Assembly (NCBI GenBank): GCA_025594325.1 | Contig: JANHCV010000012.1 | Location: 1,391,091-1,455,090 of the forward strand | DNA: 64,000 bases | From: Blastocladiella emersonii ATCC 22665 | Lineage: Eukaryota > Fungi > Blastocladiomycota | Reading direction: 5' to 3' | Shown: piece after piece, positions 21,673 through 32,783 of the stretch | Position numbering within the stretch: position 1 is the first letter of the stretch | How the letters are laid out: every line of letters begins with the position of its first letter | Program-made: the position numbers and the translations under genes | Notes under the pieces: generated by a model | Seen by the model: the letters and a program-made list of their open reading frames with translations, nothing else | What the model was told of the DNA's origin: nothing | Databases searched by the model: none

Positions 21673-22309
21673 GTAAATCGCGACCAGCAACTTTGAATCG
21701 CCCAATATACCTCCTTGGTTTTGTGAAAAGGAGCTGTCGCGCGGTTTAACTGAGCAGCCAGCCTTGGAAACGTGTCGCGCGTCCTCGTGCAGATGAGCGA
21801 CGCGGGGCCGTCGCAAAGACTCCGACCCGTCAACTGTCCGCTCATGAAGGCTCATGTTTGTTTTCGGACCTGCCACGCGTCAACGAGCAAAGTGTCATTC
21901 CTGTCCGCTAATTAGCTGTTTTGGCAGGGTGCGTGCTCGTCAGTGAGGGTGACCCCTTCCATCCGAGGCCTACACACCGTTTTGCCGGCTTGCGGGGAGG
22001 AAGCGCGTAGAGACGCGAGGCACCCTCTCAGCCAGGTGGCGAGACGCGGGGTGGGTGCTGCGTCGTGATGGGGACCGTGATCGAAAACGTGGCGGCGCCC
22101 GCTTGAGTCGGCCGCCGCCACCGGCTCGAGGGACCCTGATCCACGCCACAAGGGTCAGCACGGGTCCGAGCTCGTCGATCGAAACTACCCCGCGACCACT
22201 GCCATGAACGCTTGATTCTTGCCTTATAAGTAGCGGCATTCCCGCTTTCTCCGATAGAACTAGACCGTCAAGTCGAACCGCGCTTGCCCCTCGACCAACA
22301 CCAACAACC

Positions 22310-23026
22310 ATGACAAACTCCTCCGCCCTCGGCTGGCCAGTTTGGGCAGGCATCGGCCTCGGAGCCGCCGTGCTACTCGCCATCATCGTCTGGGTTCTTC
22401 GCCGCCGGAGCCAGGGCGCCAAGGAGCCCGTCCTGCCCGTCAGCGCCCCACCTGCGCCGCCTGCCACGACGGGCCCGAAGCCGAAGCAGAACAAACCCGG
22501 TAAGGGTAACGTCAAGTCGCAGGGCGGCGCTGCTGCGGGTCCAATGCCAAGTGGTCCAGGCAAACAGAAGAGGCACGAGATCAAGGGCGCAAAGGACCAG
22601 GCGGTCCGCACCGAGGATCCCGCCACCACGGCCAACAACGACTACCTGCTGATGATGACCGTCATGGAGTACGGCGAGTGCGACGAGGCCTACGACGCGG
22701 GCAACGCGTCCTCGTCCGCGGCGGCGCCCGCGCACCCCGACTCGATCGCCCAGCAGTCCTCGTCCTCGGCAGGCCACCACGCGCACCGCCCGCCGTACAC
22801 GCACTCGCAGCCCAACCACCACACGCCCGGCTACGGCGGCGGCGTGACGTGGAGCGAGTCGGTCAACGAGCCCGCGTCGCACGAGTACACGTCGTCGTCC
22901 AGCCGCCATCACCATCACGACACGTCCAACTCGTACAGCTATAGCGGCGGCAACGACTACTCGTCCTCGAGCGGCGGCGGTGGCGAGGACAGCGGTGGTG
23001 GTGGTGGCGGCGGGAGCAGTGATTGA
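22310..23026 (+). CDS. Orphan single-TM membrane protein (array member B)
   Basis: N-terminal TM ALGWPVWAGIGLGAAVLLAIIVWVL followed by RRRS. His/Tyr/Ser-rich, Gly-rich tail. TATAAG at 22225-22230. Confidence 0.75.
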   Translation: MTNSSALGWPVWAGIGLGAAVLLAIIVWVLRRRSQGAKEPVLPVSAPPAPPATTGPKPKQNKPGKGNVKSQGGAAAGPMPSGPGKQKRHEIKGAKDQAVRTEDPATTANNDYLLMMTVMEYGECDEAYDAGNASSSAAAPAHPDSIAQQSSSSAGHHAHRPPYTHSQPNHHTPGYGGGVTWSESVNEPASHEYTSSSSRHHHHDTSNSYSYSGGNDYSSSSGGGGEDSGGGGGGGSSD

Positions 23027-23399
23027 TTGATGGAAAATATATGCGCCTTTCGCGCTTCGTGGTCTACTCTGAGTTGACGCGGTTCGAGCAAGGAAGGCCT
23101 GAGAGACGCTGCGAGACACTGGTACTCGCTGCGCAACGCGACGCGGCTCGCTGGACTGCGTGTCTCCCACTCCTGTGAGCGAACAGTGACCATCGTGGGA
23201 CTGCGATAGCCTTTGATCGTCGTCGGACGCGGCAACGCGAGTGCGAACATCTGGCTCGGCTGGGAGACAGAGGCTCGCGGCTCGCGCGCTGCGAGCAACC
23301 TGGGTTGTTGATCTGGATCACGGCCTGCCCGCGCATTCGGCGCACCCTTCTTCGCGAGATCACGTCAAACAAGGAGCACACTTTATGTAACAGCCCAAA

Positions 23400-23996
23400 A
23401 TGCCCGCGATCGGCAGCGTCAAGGGCGAGGACTCGGTCCTCGGCTGGCTCATCTGGGTCGCCGTCGCCCTTGCGTCGGTCTTTGTCCTGTGGCTCATCAC
23501 GTTCATCTGGCGGCGCCTGCGCGGCGCGTCGTCCATGACCGTCGTGCCTACCGACGACACGGACGTGTCTGCGGGCAAGTTAGCAGAAGGCAAGTCGGGC
23601 GGCGGCGACAACGCGGTCCAGCCGTTGAAGACTGCCGCGCTCCGCGGCAATTCCAAACACGGCCACGATGCCACGGACGACAAGGCCAGCAACGTGCTGT
23701 GGACTGACGGCAAGCCCATCTTCAACATGCCGACGGCACACGGCCAGCACGGCATGAACTGGTCGGCCGGCTCGGGCTCAAGTCGCGGGTCGGGGACCGC
23801 GGCTGTGGGCTACATAGGGTCGGTGGGCGTTCTTGGCGCCGTCACTGCGGCCATAGTCAACGCTGCCGACAACGCGACCGAGGTTGGCGGCGGCGACGCG
23901 GACGGAGGTAACGACAGCGGTGGTGGCGGCGGAGGCCTCGACGTGTTTGGGTTTGGCGACGTGGGCGGGTTTGACGGAAACATCATTGACGATTGA
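23400..23996 (+). CDS. Orphan single-TM membrane protein (array member C)
   Basis: TM VLGWLIWVAVALASVFVLWLITFIW followed by RRLR. Motif TDGKPIFNMPTAHG. Gly/Asp-rich tail. Confidence 0.75.
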   Translation: MPAIGSVKGEDSVLGWLIWVAVALASVFVLWLITFIWRRLRGASSMTVVPTDDTDVSAGKLAEGKSGGGDNAVQPLKTAALRGNSKHGHDATDDKASNVLWTDGKPIFNMPTAHGQHGMNWSAGSGSSRGSGTAAVGYIGSVGVLGAVTAAIVNAADNATEVGGGDADGGNDSGGGGGGLDVFGFGDVGGFDGNIIDD

Positions 23997-24430
23997 TCGC
24001 GTTGATTGGCAGTCGTCGCGGTGGCCATTGAATCACGGTAATAGACGTATAACTTTTTCGGCGTAAGACCAGACGCAGCGAGGAACCGCAAGGTTGGGCT
24101 CGCTTCGCTGCCGATCGGCGGGGACGCGTCAAAGTATCATGTGAGATCACGCCACAAGTGTGGGACGCGCGAGACACCGCGCATCGCGATGCGGTCACGG
24201 GCCGCGTGCCTCGCGTCCGATGCAGCCGACTCAGATGACCATCGTGAGCATCACAAAGCGATTCCGATCGGTGACCGCTCCGCTCAAGCTAAGGCCATCG
24301 GATCGTGCGGACGATGATGCGCCGTGAGCTGAGCTTGCATGTGCGAGCCGCAACGATGCCTGCGGCATGATCCACGCGGGGTCCTTGCTCCGACAGGGAA
24401 GGATAACCATGCACGATTGATGAGATACTC

Positions 24431-25126
24431 ATGAATCACGCCATGCCCTCAGTCGGCAGCACATCAACCTCAGACTCGACGGGCGGATACCTCACCTGGA
24501 TTGCGACGAACTTTGGAGCGGTCGTCGGGCTCCGCCTTCTTGCGTACTTTTGGAAACGGCTCCGAAGTCGTACCAGCGCCACGACTGTGCTGACCGGTGA
24601 CCCGGCTTTCGAGACGGCCGCCGCTACACGAACAGTGCCTCGAGTCAAGTTACACGGCCACAAGCACCACCACCACCACCACCGTCACCTTCGCCCGCAC
24701 GGGCACGATGGCCATCGAGTCGATGGCGCCAAAAGTCCAGCTTTCAACTCGCTGCAGACGGACGGGATGCCCATCTTCGACACTCCGACTGCGCCTGGCT
24801 CGCTCAACATACTCGCGACCAACTCGTACTCGAGCCATGGATCGGACTCGTTCAGCGACGGCTCCTTCACGGGTTCTGGCTCACGCTCGGGTTCCATCGG
24901 ATCGGCCTCCGTGAAATCGGGTGTCGGCAAGGAAGACGGACCGTCGAGCGGGGAAGAGCTCTTTGTCACGGCAGCGTTGCTCCCGAGTCGCTCGGCCGAC
25001 AGCGTAGTGTCGTCGCGGAGCCGCGACACTAATAGCTCCGCGGCCACGGGCGACAGTGGTGGACAAGGTGACGTGGACGGTGGCAGCGGTGGTCCTGAAA
25101 GGCATGATAGTAATAGAGCCGGCTGA
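24431..25126 (+). CDS. Orphan single-TM membrane protein (array member D, diverged)
   Basis: TM YLTWIATNFGAVVGLRLLAYFW followed by KRLR. Motif TDGMPIFDTPTAPG. Ser/Gly-rich tail. Confidence 0.6.
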   Translation: MNHAMPSVGSTSTSDSTGGYLTWIATNFGAVVGLRLLAYFWKRLRSRTSATTVLTGDPAFETAAATRTVPRVKLHGHKHHHHHHRHLRPHGHDGHRVDGAKSPAFNSLQTDGMPIFDTPTAPGSLNILATNSYSSHGSDSFSDGSFTGSGSRSGSIGSASVKSGVGKEDGPSSGEELFVTAALLPSRSADSVVSSRSRDTNSSAATGDSGGQGDVDGGSGGPERHDSNRAG

Positions 25127-25333
25127 TCAAGGCAAAGGAATTACTACGCGTTTGGATATCATGTGAGGGCACGCCGCTGCTGCGAGACATGCGGGACACG
25201 CAACTGATGGCACGTTGGCAGAGGATGTTTCTCGCGCCTCGCGTCCCCACCACTTGTCGACATACGTGCACGAGTCGCCGAAGAGCTGAGAATGAATTAG
25301 TGAATGTATTGCGGTAGTAGCTACTCGACGCGC

Positions 25334-26884
25334 TCACAGTTCCAGCGCATCCACGCGCTCGACCAACCCGTCCGCGCCCGCATCCGTGTCGACGAGGAGC
25401 CACGCGCGCACCGTGTTCTCGTCAATCACGTCGCCCCACGCGGCGTCCCAGTTGTCGATCCACCAGCGGACGAGGGAGAGCCATGGCCCACGGTCGTCCG
25501 CGACGAGCATAGCGTCAGCGAGCGGGTCGGGTCCGCGGATCCAGGTGGCGCCCCAGACGCGCGCGAGGTTGGACGCGGGCATGCGGGTGGTAGCGTGGGC
25601 GCGCGCGATGCGGCGGAGGACCCAGGCGGTGAGGGCGACGGCGACGCGGAGTTTGGGCGAGGGGATGAGCAGGGCGTCGCGGAACGCGGGCCACGGCGGG
25701 AGCGGCTGCTGGTTGACGGACGCGTCGGTGGGTTGCGCGGCGGCGTGCCACGAGCGCAGCGCGGGGTAGGCCGAGGCGGGGACGACGGGGTCGGGCAGCT
25801 CGCGGAAGTAGCGGGCGAGCAGGGTATCGGCGACGAGCGGCGCGTCGCCATGGAGCCCGTCGCCCTCGTCGTCGCTCGTGTCGAGGGCGCCGGGGAGGAA
25901 GGGCGAGGGGGTGGAGGCGGGTGGCGGCCACTTGGGTTTCCGGCCGGCGAGGGCGACGTGGTGGCGGTCGAGGAAGGCGCGGGCGCGGACCACGTCGGAG
26001 CCGCGGGGCGCGCGGCGGCAGATGCCCTCGGTGGCGAGTCCGGCGGGCGAGGCCATGACGCGGGCGGCGAGGACGACGCAGAGCGGGACGGGGGTGGGCA
26101 GGAGGTCGGGTGGGGCGGTGAACTCGGAGGCGAGCGGCGGCCACCAGTGGGCGGCGTCGAGGAGGGCGGGCGGGAGGTGCTTGGCCCAGTCGGGGTTCTC
26201 GCGGGCGAGGTGGTTGTGGGCGAGGACGGCGGCGGGGATGCGCAGCGAGGCGAGGTCGGGGAAGGCGTCGCGCGGGAGTGCGCTGAGGGTCGGGATGTAC
26301 TGGACCTTGCGAAAGAACTTGGGGCTGACGAGGGCGCGCATGAACTCGAGGACGACCTTCATCCAGGCGGTCGGGTGGACGAGGTAGAGCTGCTTGAGGT
26401 TCTTTCGGAATCTAGCGGCGAGCCTCCACCGGCGCGGGCGGCGGCGCGTTAGGTTGCTGATATTTCGTGAAATGAAAGGAGAGACGCACTTGCGGTCCAT
26501 GGAGCGGTAGGCGCGGTAGAACCAGCGCGTCGAGGGGCGGTGCTCCGCGCCGGCGCCGAGCACGACGGCGACGTACTCGTCCACTTCGGAAGAGGCGGCA
26601 TCGAGGGTGCGCGAGAGCAGGGCAATGAGCTCGGCGAGAATGACGTCGGGCGACAGGATGGCGGGGTCGAGCAGGTGGCACACGCAGAAGACGATGACGG
26701 CGCGGCCCATGGAGTCGGCGCCGGCGTGGTACAGGACGTGGTCGCGGATGTAGGCGGCCTGGTCCTCGGGCGGCGACCCGCGGCGCAGGTTTTGCGAGGC
26801 GCGCGGCAGGTAGAGCGGCGGGCCGAGGTGGATTGCGTCCTCGTCGGTCGGGTCGTCGGCGGTTGTCGGGGGTGCGGACGCCAT
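25334..26884 (-). CDS. BCH/Sec14-like + RhoGAP protein (ARHGAP1/p50RhoGAP-like)
   Basis: YHAGADSMGRAVIVF and FRKNLKQLYLVHPTAWMKVV (BCH). EGICRRAP arginine finger, LLARYFRELPDPVVP, and TRMPASNLARVWGATWI (GAP). Intron ~26412-26490. Confidence 0.82.
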   Translation of the reverse strand: MASAPPTTADDPTDEDAIHLGPPLYLPRASQNLRRGSPPEDQAAYIRDHVLYHAGADSMGRAVIVFCVCHLLDPAILSPDVILAELIALLSRTLDAASSEVDEYVAVVLGAGAEHRPSTRWFYRAYRSMDRKCVSPFISRNISNLTRRRPRRWRLAARFRKNLKQLYLVHPTAWMKVVLEFMRALVSPKFFRKVQYIPTLSALPRDAFPDLASLRIPAAVLAHNHLARENPDWAKHLPPALLDAAHWWPPLASEFTAPPDLLPTPVPLCVVLAARVMASPAGLATEGICRRAPRGSDVVRARAFLDRHHVALAGRKPKWPPPASTPSPFLPGALDTSDDEGDGLHGDAPLVADTLLARYFRELPDPVVPASAYPALRSWHAAAQPTDASVNQQPLPPWPAFRDALLIPSPKLRVAVALTAWVLRRIARAHATTRMPASNLARVWGATWIRGPDPLADAMLVADDRGPWLSLVRWWIDNWDAAWGDVIDENTVRAWLLVDTDAGADGLVERVDALEL

Positions 26885-27371
26885 GGTTGCGCGGGTCACG
26901 GTCGTTGCATGGGGAGTGTGGGTGCGGTTGCAGCAGGTCGCATGCCTGTGCGTCGCCTTCCCTGCCCTGTGTGCTGGCGAGGTGAGCGAGTGTGGCGGCG
27001 GCGGCGGCGCGGCGCTGTGTGGCGGGGCGCGTCCACGGCGCCGCACACGTGGGCCGGCTGCCGCGCCCGTCACGCGACGCGTTGCCATGGCGCGATTCGG
27101 TCGGCGTGTTGCGCCACTTTTGGCGGAGCGGCTCCAAGCTCTCCCGCGCGGCTTCCTCTCCCGCTGACGGCCCGAACGATGGCCCATCGCCCCATGTATC
27201 ACGACATGCACCGCGCCTCCCGAGCATTCACGCGCTGCCAACCAACGCGCACCTGCCGCCCGGCCCGACGTGTGCCCGAGAGCGGCGCGGGAGGCGCTCT
27301 GCTTTAAGGTGCAGCGTCTCCCGCTTGCCGAGCGCCGATGCCCCTCTGCACCGCACGCACACCGGCCCGCA

Positions 27372-28973
27372 ATGCTCGCCGTCGAGTCGCCCCTCTCTCC
27401 TCCCGCCCGGACACTGCCCACCCGCGCCGCCGACGTGATCGACACCATGCCCTCCTCGACCTCCACCGCATCGCCGGATCCCAACGCCGCCGCCGCTGCG
27501 CCCGCGCGCCCCGACCCGCACGCGACCAACCCGTACCTCAAGCTCGTCGCCGACCAGCACATTGCGCACATCCCGTCCTTCACGCTCGAGTGCGGCGCAA
27601 CGCTGACCGACGTGCCCGTCGCCTACAAGACGTGGGGCACCCTCAACGCCGCCGGCACCAACGTGCTGGTCATCTGCCACGCCCTGAGCGGGTCCGCCGA
27701 CGTGGCCGACTGGTGGGCGCCGCTGCTCGGGCCCGGCCGCGCCTTTGACACGCGCCGCTTCTTCGTCGTGTGCTGCAACGTGCTCGGGTCGCCCTACGGG
27801 TCCGCCTCGCCGCTGTCCGTGAACCCCGCCACGGGGCGCATCTACGGGCCCGGCTTCCCCGTGGCCTCGATCCGCGACGACGTGCGCATCCACCGCCGCG
27901 TCCTCGACTCGCTGGGCGTGCGCCAGGTCGCCTTCGCCATCGGCGGCAGCATGGGCGGCGCCCAGGTCCTCGAGTGGGGCGCCGAGTTCGGGCCCGACTA
28001 CGTCCGCTTCCTCGTCCCCATGGCCACGTCGAGCCGCCACTCGGCCTGGTGCATCTCGTGGGGCGAGGCACAGCGCCAGGCCATCTTCGCCGACCCAAAC
28101 TACCTCGACGGCCACTACCCGGTCGCCAACGGGCCCGTCACCGGCCTCGCTAGCGCCCGCATGCAGGCCATGCTCACCTACCGTTCGCGCAACTCGTTCG
28201 AGTCGCGCTTTGGCCGCAAGGTCATGACGCGCGCCGGTTCCGGCACCGCGACGGTCGCGGCGCAGGAGCAGCAGCAGGTGCCGCCGCCCGTCAAGGCCGT
28301 GGCCGGGTCCGACGAGGCCGCCGCCGCCCCGCTCAGGCTCGCCCACAACGACGGCCTCGAGCACTACCGCTCCAACTCGTCGTCGAACCTCCTCGCCACC
28401 GCCACCGCTTCCGCCGCTGCCGCCGCGCAGACCCCGCCCCCGCCCGCCGCACCCGTCGCGCCCGAGTCCAAGGTAACGCCAGGCGTCTTCTCAGCGCAGT
28501 CGTACCTGCGGTACCAGGGCGACAAGTTCGTGCGCCGCTTCGACGCCAACTGCTACATCTCCCTGACGCGCAAGCTCGACACCCACGACGTGTCGCGCGG
28601 CCGCACCGCCGGCGTGCCCGCGACGACCGAGGCCGAGGACGAGCTTCAGCACTGGACCGCCGTCGCCCACGCCGTGCGCCAGCCCACGCTCGTGCTGGGC
28701 GTGGAGAGCGATGGGCTGTTCACGCTCGGCGAGCAGGAACAGCTCGCGGCGCGGCTGCCCAACGCGCGGCTCGAGGTCATCCAGTCGCCCGACGGGCACG
28801 ACGGGTTCCTGCTCGAGTTTGACCAGGTTGGCCGGCATGTCGCCGCGTTCATGCGCGAGGTCGCGCCTGAGCTGTTTGCTGCCGACGGTGCGGCGAAGGA
28901 CGGCGAGGAGGTTGCGCTCGGCGAGACGGCCTTCACAAGCACGTTTGGCGAAGCCGATCTCATCGCGTGGTAG
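27372..28973 (+). CDS. MET2: Homoserine O-acetyltransferase
   Basis: FTLECG, AYKTWGTLN, NVLVICHALSGSADVADWW, NVLGSPYGS, GGSMGG nucleophile motif, KFVRRFDANCYI, and GHDGFLLE catalytic His. Confidence 0.95.
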   Translation: MLAVESPLSPPARTLPTRAADVIDTMPSSTSTASPDPNAAAAAPARPDPHATNPYLKLVADQHIAHIPSFTLECGATLTDVPVAYKTWGTLNAAGTNVLVICHALSGSADVADWWAPLLGPGRAFDTRRFFVVCCNVLGSPYGSASPLSVNPATGRIYGPGFPVASIRDDVRIHRRVLDSLGVRQVAFAIGGSMGGAQVLEWGAEFGPDYVRFLVPMATSSRHSAWCISWGEAQRQAIFADPNYLDGHYPVANGPVTGLASARMQAMLTYRSRNSFESRFGRKVMTRAGSGTATVAAQEQQQVPPPVKAVAGSDEAAAAPLRLAHNDGLEHYRSNSSSNLLATATASAAAAAQTPPPPAAPVAPESKVTPGVFSAQSYLRYQGDKFVRRFDANCYISLTRKLDTHDVSRGRTAGVPATTEAEDELQHWTAVAHAVRQPTLVLGVESDGLFTLGEQEQLAARLPNARLEVIQSPDGHDGFLLEFDQVGRHVAAFMREVAPELFAADGAAKDGEEVALGETAFTSTFGEADLIAW

Positions 28974-29042
28974 AGCTGCTGACATACCTAAGTTGATAAA
29001 ATGTATTCAAAACAAACCAGCGCAAACTAGCTACAACTCTAC

Positions 29043-32000
29043 TTACGCCTCCTGCTCCTCCTTGGCAGCGGCGGCGGCGGCCTTCTTCTCCTTCTTCGGC
29101 TTGGCCGCGGGCTCCTCGACGGGCATGCCGAGGAGCTTCTTGACCTCCTTGAACAGCGCCGCGGCAGCCTGCTTGGTGGGTGCCGTGGCGACGCCCTCGG
29201 CGGCGGCGCGCCACGCGTCCGTCGGGGCCTGCGCCTTGATCGCGGCGCGCAGCGCGGCCACCGTCAGCTTGAGCAGCGCCGTGTCCTTGGGGTTGTCGGC
29301 GAGCTCCTTGCCCATGAGCGCCGCGAGCGTCGACGAGGGCGACGCGACGGACTCGGGAGCGGGGGTGGGGGTCGGGGAAGCGCCCTTCTTGCTGCCCTTG
29401 GACTTCTTGGACGCGGCGGGCTTCTTCTCGGCAGCAGCCGCGGGAGCGGCGCCGGCGAAGGCGGCCTTGAGCTCGGGGACCGCAGGGACGCGCTCGAGCA
29501 GCGGCTGGATGACCGTCTGGACAGCCTTGACGTTTTTGCGCGACAGGTTCTTGGTCGCGGCCTCGAGGATCGGGCCGCACACGGCGGGGAGCGTGCGTGC
29601 GAGCGTGGCGAGGACCGACTTGTACCGCTTGATGTCGGCGAGCAGGATCGCGGCGGTGGCGGGCGACAGCTTGAAGGCCTTGAACATCTTGGTCAGGACC
29701 GGGTGCGCCTGGGCGAGGTTGCCCTTGAGGAACAGGGCGAAGAGAGCGTCGATCTCGCCGTCGGCCACGTCGTCGCCGGCTTCGACCTTCTTGATCTGGG
29801 CCACGGCATGCCACAGCTTGGTCGCGAGCTGCTTGTCGTTGGTCTGCCCGATACGGTCGGCGAGCGCGCGCAGGTGCGCGACGGGCGTGGCCGCGCGGTG
29901 CTTGAGGTACACGGCGACCAGGTCCGCCACGCGGTACTGGAAGTGCAGCCGCTCCGTCGCCTGCAGCCGCGTGTTCTGCTTGCGCACCAGCGCGCCCAGC
30001 ACGTTGTCGAGCGCCAGCATCGCGTCGTCGTCCAGGTCGCTCTCCTCGTCGCCCGTCTGCGCCATGCCGCTCGACTGCAGCGCCTGCGTGATAGCCGCAG
30101 ACAGCTGGCGCTGGCGCTCGGCCGCAGACTCGTCAGCCGCGTCCTCGTCCATGTCGTCCTCGTCGTCGTCATCCGAGGCAGCAGCTGCGCCGTCAACCTC
30201 CATGGAATCCTCCTCCTCGTCATCGTCGTCCGAGGACTCGGCCTCTTCCTCGACCTCCTCCTCCTCGTCCTCGTCCATCTCCTCGTCATCCGCGCCCGTC
30301 TCCCCCGCGAGGACCGAGACGAGCAGGTCGAGCGTGTTGTCGGTCATGGCGTCAGCGAACTGGCCAAACACCTGGTTGCAGAGTCGGCGGAGCCACGCCA
30401 TCGGGTGGGCCGTGAGCTCGAGCATGGTATCGGCGAGGACATCGAGCGGGTGGAGCTCGTCGTCGCCGCCCTGGTTCCCCTCGGCGTACCGGCGCCACAC
30501 GGAGACGAGCTCGTCGACGACGGCAGGCGTCGCGGCATCGCCCTCGGCGGCGCGCGCGTCCATGCCGACCACGAGGTGCGCGGCCATGACGAGCGCGCGG
30601 ATCGCGTTCTCCTTCTTCTGCATCACGGCCTCGCCCGCGGTCGCGGGGGACTCGACCCACGCGAGCACGCGCGCGTCCGCGTCGGGGAACGCGCGGTAGA
30701 TGGCGGCGAGCGACTCGACGTGGGTCTCGGGCGCCGGGACCGCGCGCGCCAGGAACTCCTGCACGCGGCGCGCGCTGTCGCGGGTCGCGCCGTGCACGGG
30801 GCCGAGCAGGAACGACGCGATGCGCGTGCGCAGGTCCGAGCCCGCCGTCGCCGAGGCGCCGGTCACGGTCACGAGCGAGCCGTGCACGAGCGCGTCGAGC
30901 GGGGCCGTCGAGGCGTCGGCCTCGGCCGAGGTCGCGGCGGTCACCGCGCGGTCGAGCAGCGTGTCGACGTACGCGGCGAGGTCGGCCTCGGTCAGCGCCG
31001 CGAGGAGGGTCTCGAGCGGGTCGACGGTGGCGGTCGCGGGCGACTCGGCGTCGTCGTCGCTCGACTCGTCCTCCTCATCGCTGGACGCATCACCGTCAGT
31101 CTTCTTGGGAGCAGCCGCCTCGGCAGCCTTGCGGGCGGTGCGGAACACGGCGGGCTTGACGCTAGCGAGGACCGTCGGGATGGCGGCGGGGTCCGCGAGG
31201 CACGCGGCGTGGACGACGCGCATAGCACGGCGCACGTGCGGGCGGAGGGCGTGGCGGCGCGAGGCGGTGGCGGCGTCGAGCAGGCGGACGAGGTTGGTGG
31301 AGAAGAGCGTCGGGAGCAGCGCGACGGGGACCGCGGCGAACAGGTACGCGAACAGGTGCAGGGCCGCGGCCTGGCGCTGCGGCAGCGACACGAGCATGGT
31401 GCGGTCGACGGCGTGCCAGAAGGCGGCGAGCAGCGCCGCGTCAACGGTCGCGGCGGACCGGCGCGAGGGCAGGGCCGTGGCGGTCTCGTCCTCGTCGTCG
31501 GTCTCGAACGAGGGGAGCGTGATCTCGACGCGCGCGGCGGGGACGCCGAGGATGCGCGCAATGAGGACCGACCACACGGTGTGCAGGCGCGGGGCGACGC
31601 TGGTGGCGTCGAGGAGCAGGTCCGTGATGGGGCCGGCGGAGAAGGCCTCGGCCGAGACGGGGAGCGGGGTGGCCATCTTGAAGTGCTCGAGGTAGGCCGA
31701 GAGCGTCAGCTGGTGCAGCGACGTGAACTCGGCGGCGGTCGCGGGGAGCAGGGCGGCGGCGGCGGTCTCGGCAATGGCGGCGCGGTGCGCTGGCTGTATA
31801 CACGCGCGGTTGTGCGGGTTAGCGGTTGTCCAGAAACGCGCGCGGAGTGCGAGATGACACGTACGCAGGCTTCGATCAGGCGGAACAGGAGCACGAGGCC
31901 GGCCTCGCGGAGGTACTGCTTGGCCTCGATGACAGCGACAAGGGCGGTCGCCATCTCGACGGCGTCGGCGGCGGTGGTCGACTCGTGGGCGGCGAGGCCC

Positions 32001-32503
32001 GACTCGAGCGCGGCCGTGACGACGAGCATGCGGCCAAACAGCTTGTCGCGCTCGTCGGCAGTCGAGTCCGAGGGCGCATCGAGAATGTACTTGTGCATGG
32101 CGGCGTGCAGGACGGCCCACCGCAGCGTCGGGAACGCGAGGCGGACGAGCCAGGTCAGGGCGAGCGTGAACCCCTGGCGCGCGGCCTCGCGGCCCGACGG
32201 CACGCCCTTGACGAGGCGCGTGAAGGCGTAGGCGACGTGCGGGTGCAGCACGTCCTGGACGGCGGCCAGGAGCGCGGCGTTGTGCGCCTTGCGGGCGGCG
32301 GCGTCGGCGGGGACGGGCGCGGCCAGGGCGGCGTCGAGCGCGGCGGTCGCGGGCGCGGCGGCGGCATGGGCCTGGTGCAGCGGGGCGAGGTGGACCAGCA
32401 GCTTGTGGGCGGCGGCGACGCGCGCCTTCTCGTCGACGGACGCGAGGTCCCAGAAGTGCTGCAGCACGGGCTGCGGCGGCAGGTTGCGGGCGAGCGGGGC
32501 CAT
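29043..32503 (-). CDS. POL5: Pol5/MYBBP1A nucleolar ARM-repeat protein
   Basis: LQHFWDLAS, YAFTRLVKGVPSGREAARQGFTLALT, DVLADTMLEL, acidic tract, LDDDAMLALDNVL, LHFQYRVADLV. Intron ~31796-31863. Confidence 0.85.
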
Positions 32504-32698
32504 GGTGTCGATTGCGTGATCCGTCGTCGTCGTCGTCGTCACTTCCAACGGCGCCTTCGACGTGACAGCGATGGCGTGTGGCTCGACGATCGGTGAGGCC
32601 CGCGGCGGCCGGTGCGGCCGAAGCGTCGCGAAGTGTGTACTCACGGTCAGCGGGGCGCATGTGACTTGCTGCTAGGGGCTCTACAACACGAAGTTCGC

Positions 32699-32709
32699 AG
32701 TTCGAATCC
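32699..32709 (+). promoter_or_regulatory. TFIIIC B-box-like motif AGTTCGAATCC in the POL5/RPC82 divergent promoter
   Basis: Matches the GTTCGANNC B-box core, 74 bp upstream of the RPC82 ATG. The surrounding sequence does not fold into a complete tRNA. Confidence 0.35.
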
Positions 32710-32783
32710 TCGTCTCCCCTCGCGGCCGCGCTCTCTGCAACCTCACGGGCCCATCTTGCAACGCAATCGAACCCTTAACAACC

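Noticed and set aside
32652-32720. tRNA gene
   Set aside because: T-loop present, but only 3/5 T-stem and 5/7 acceptor pairs, no D-loop GG or anticodon arm, and only 69 nt long.
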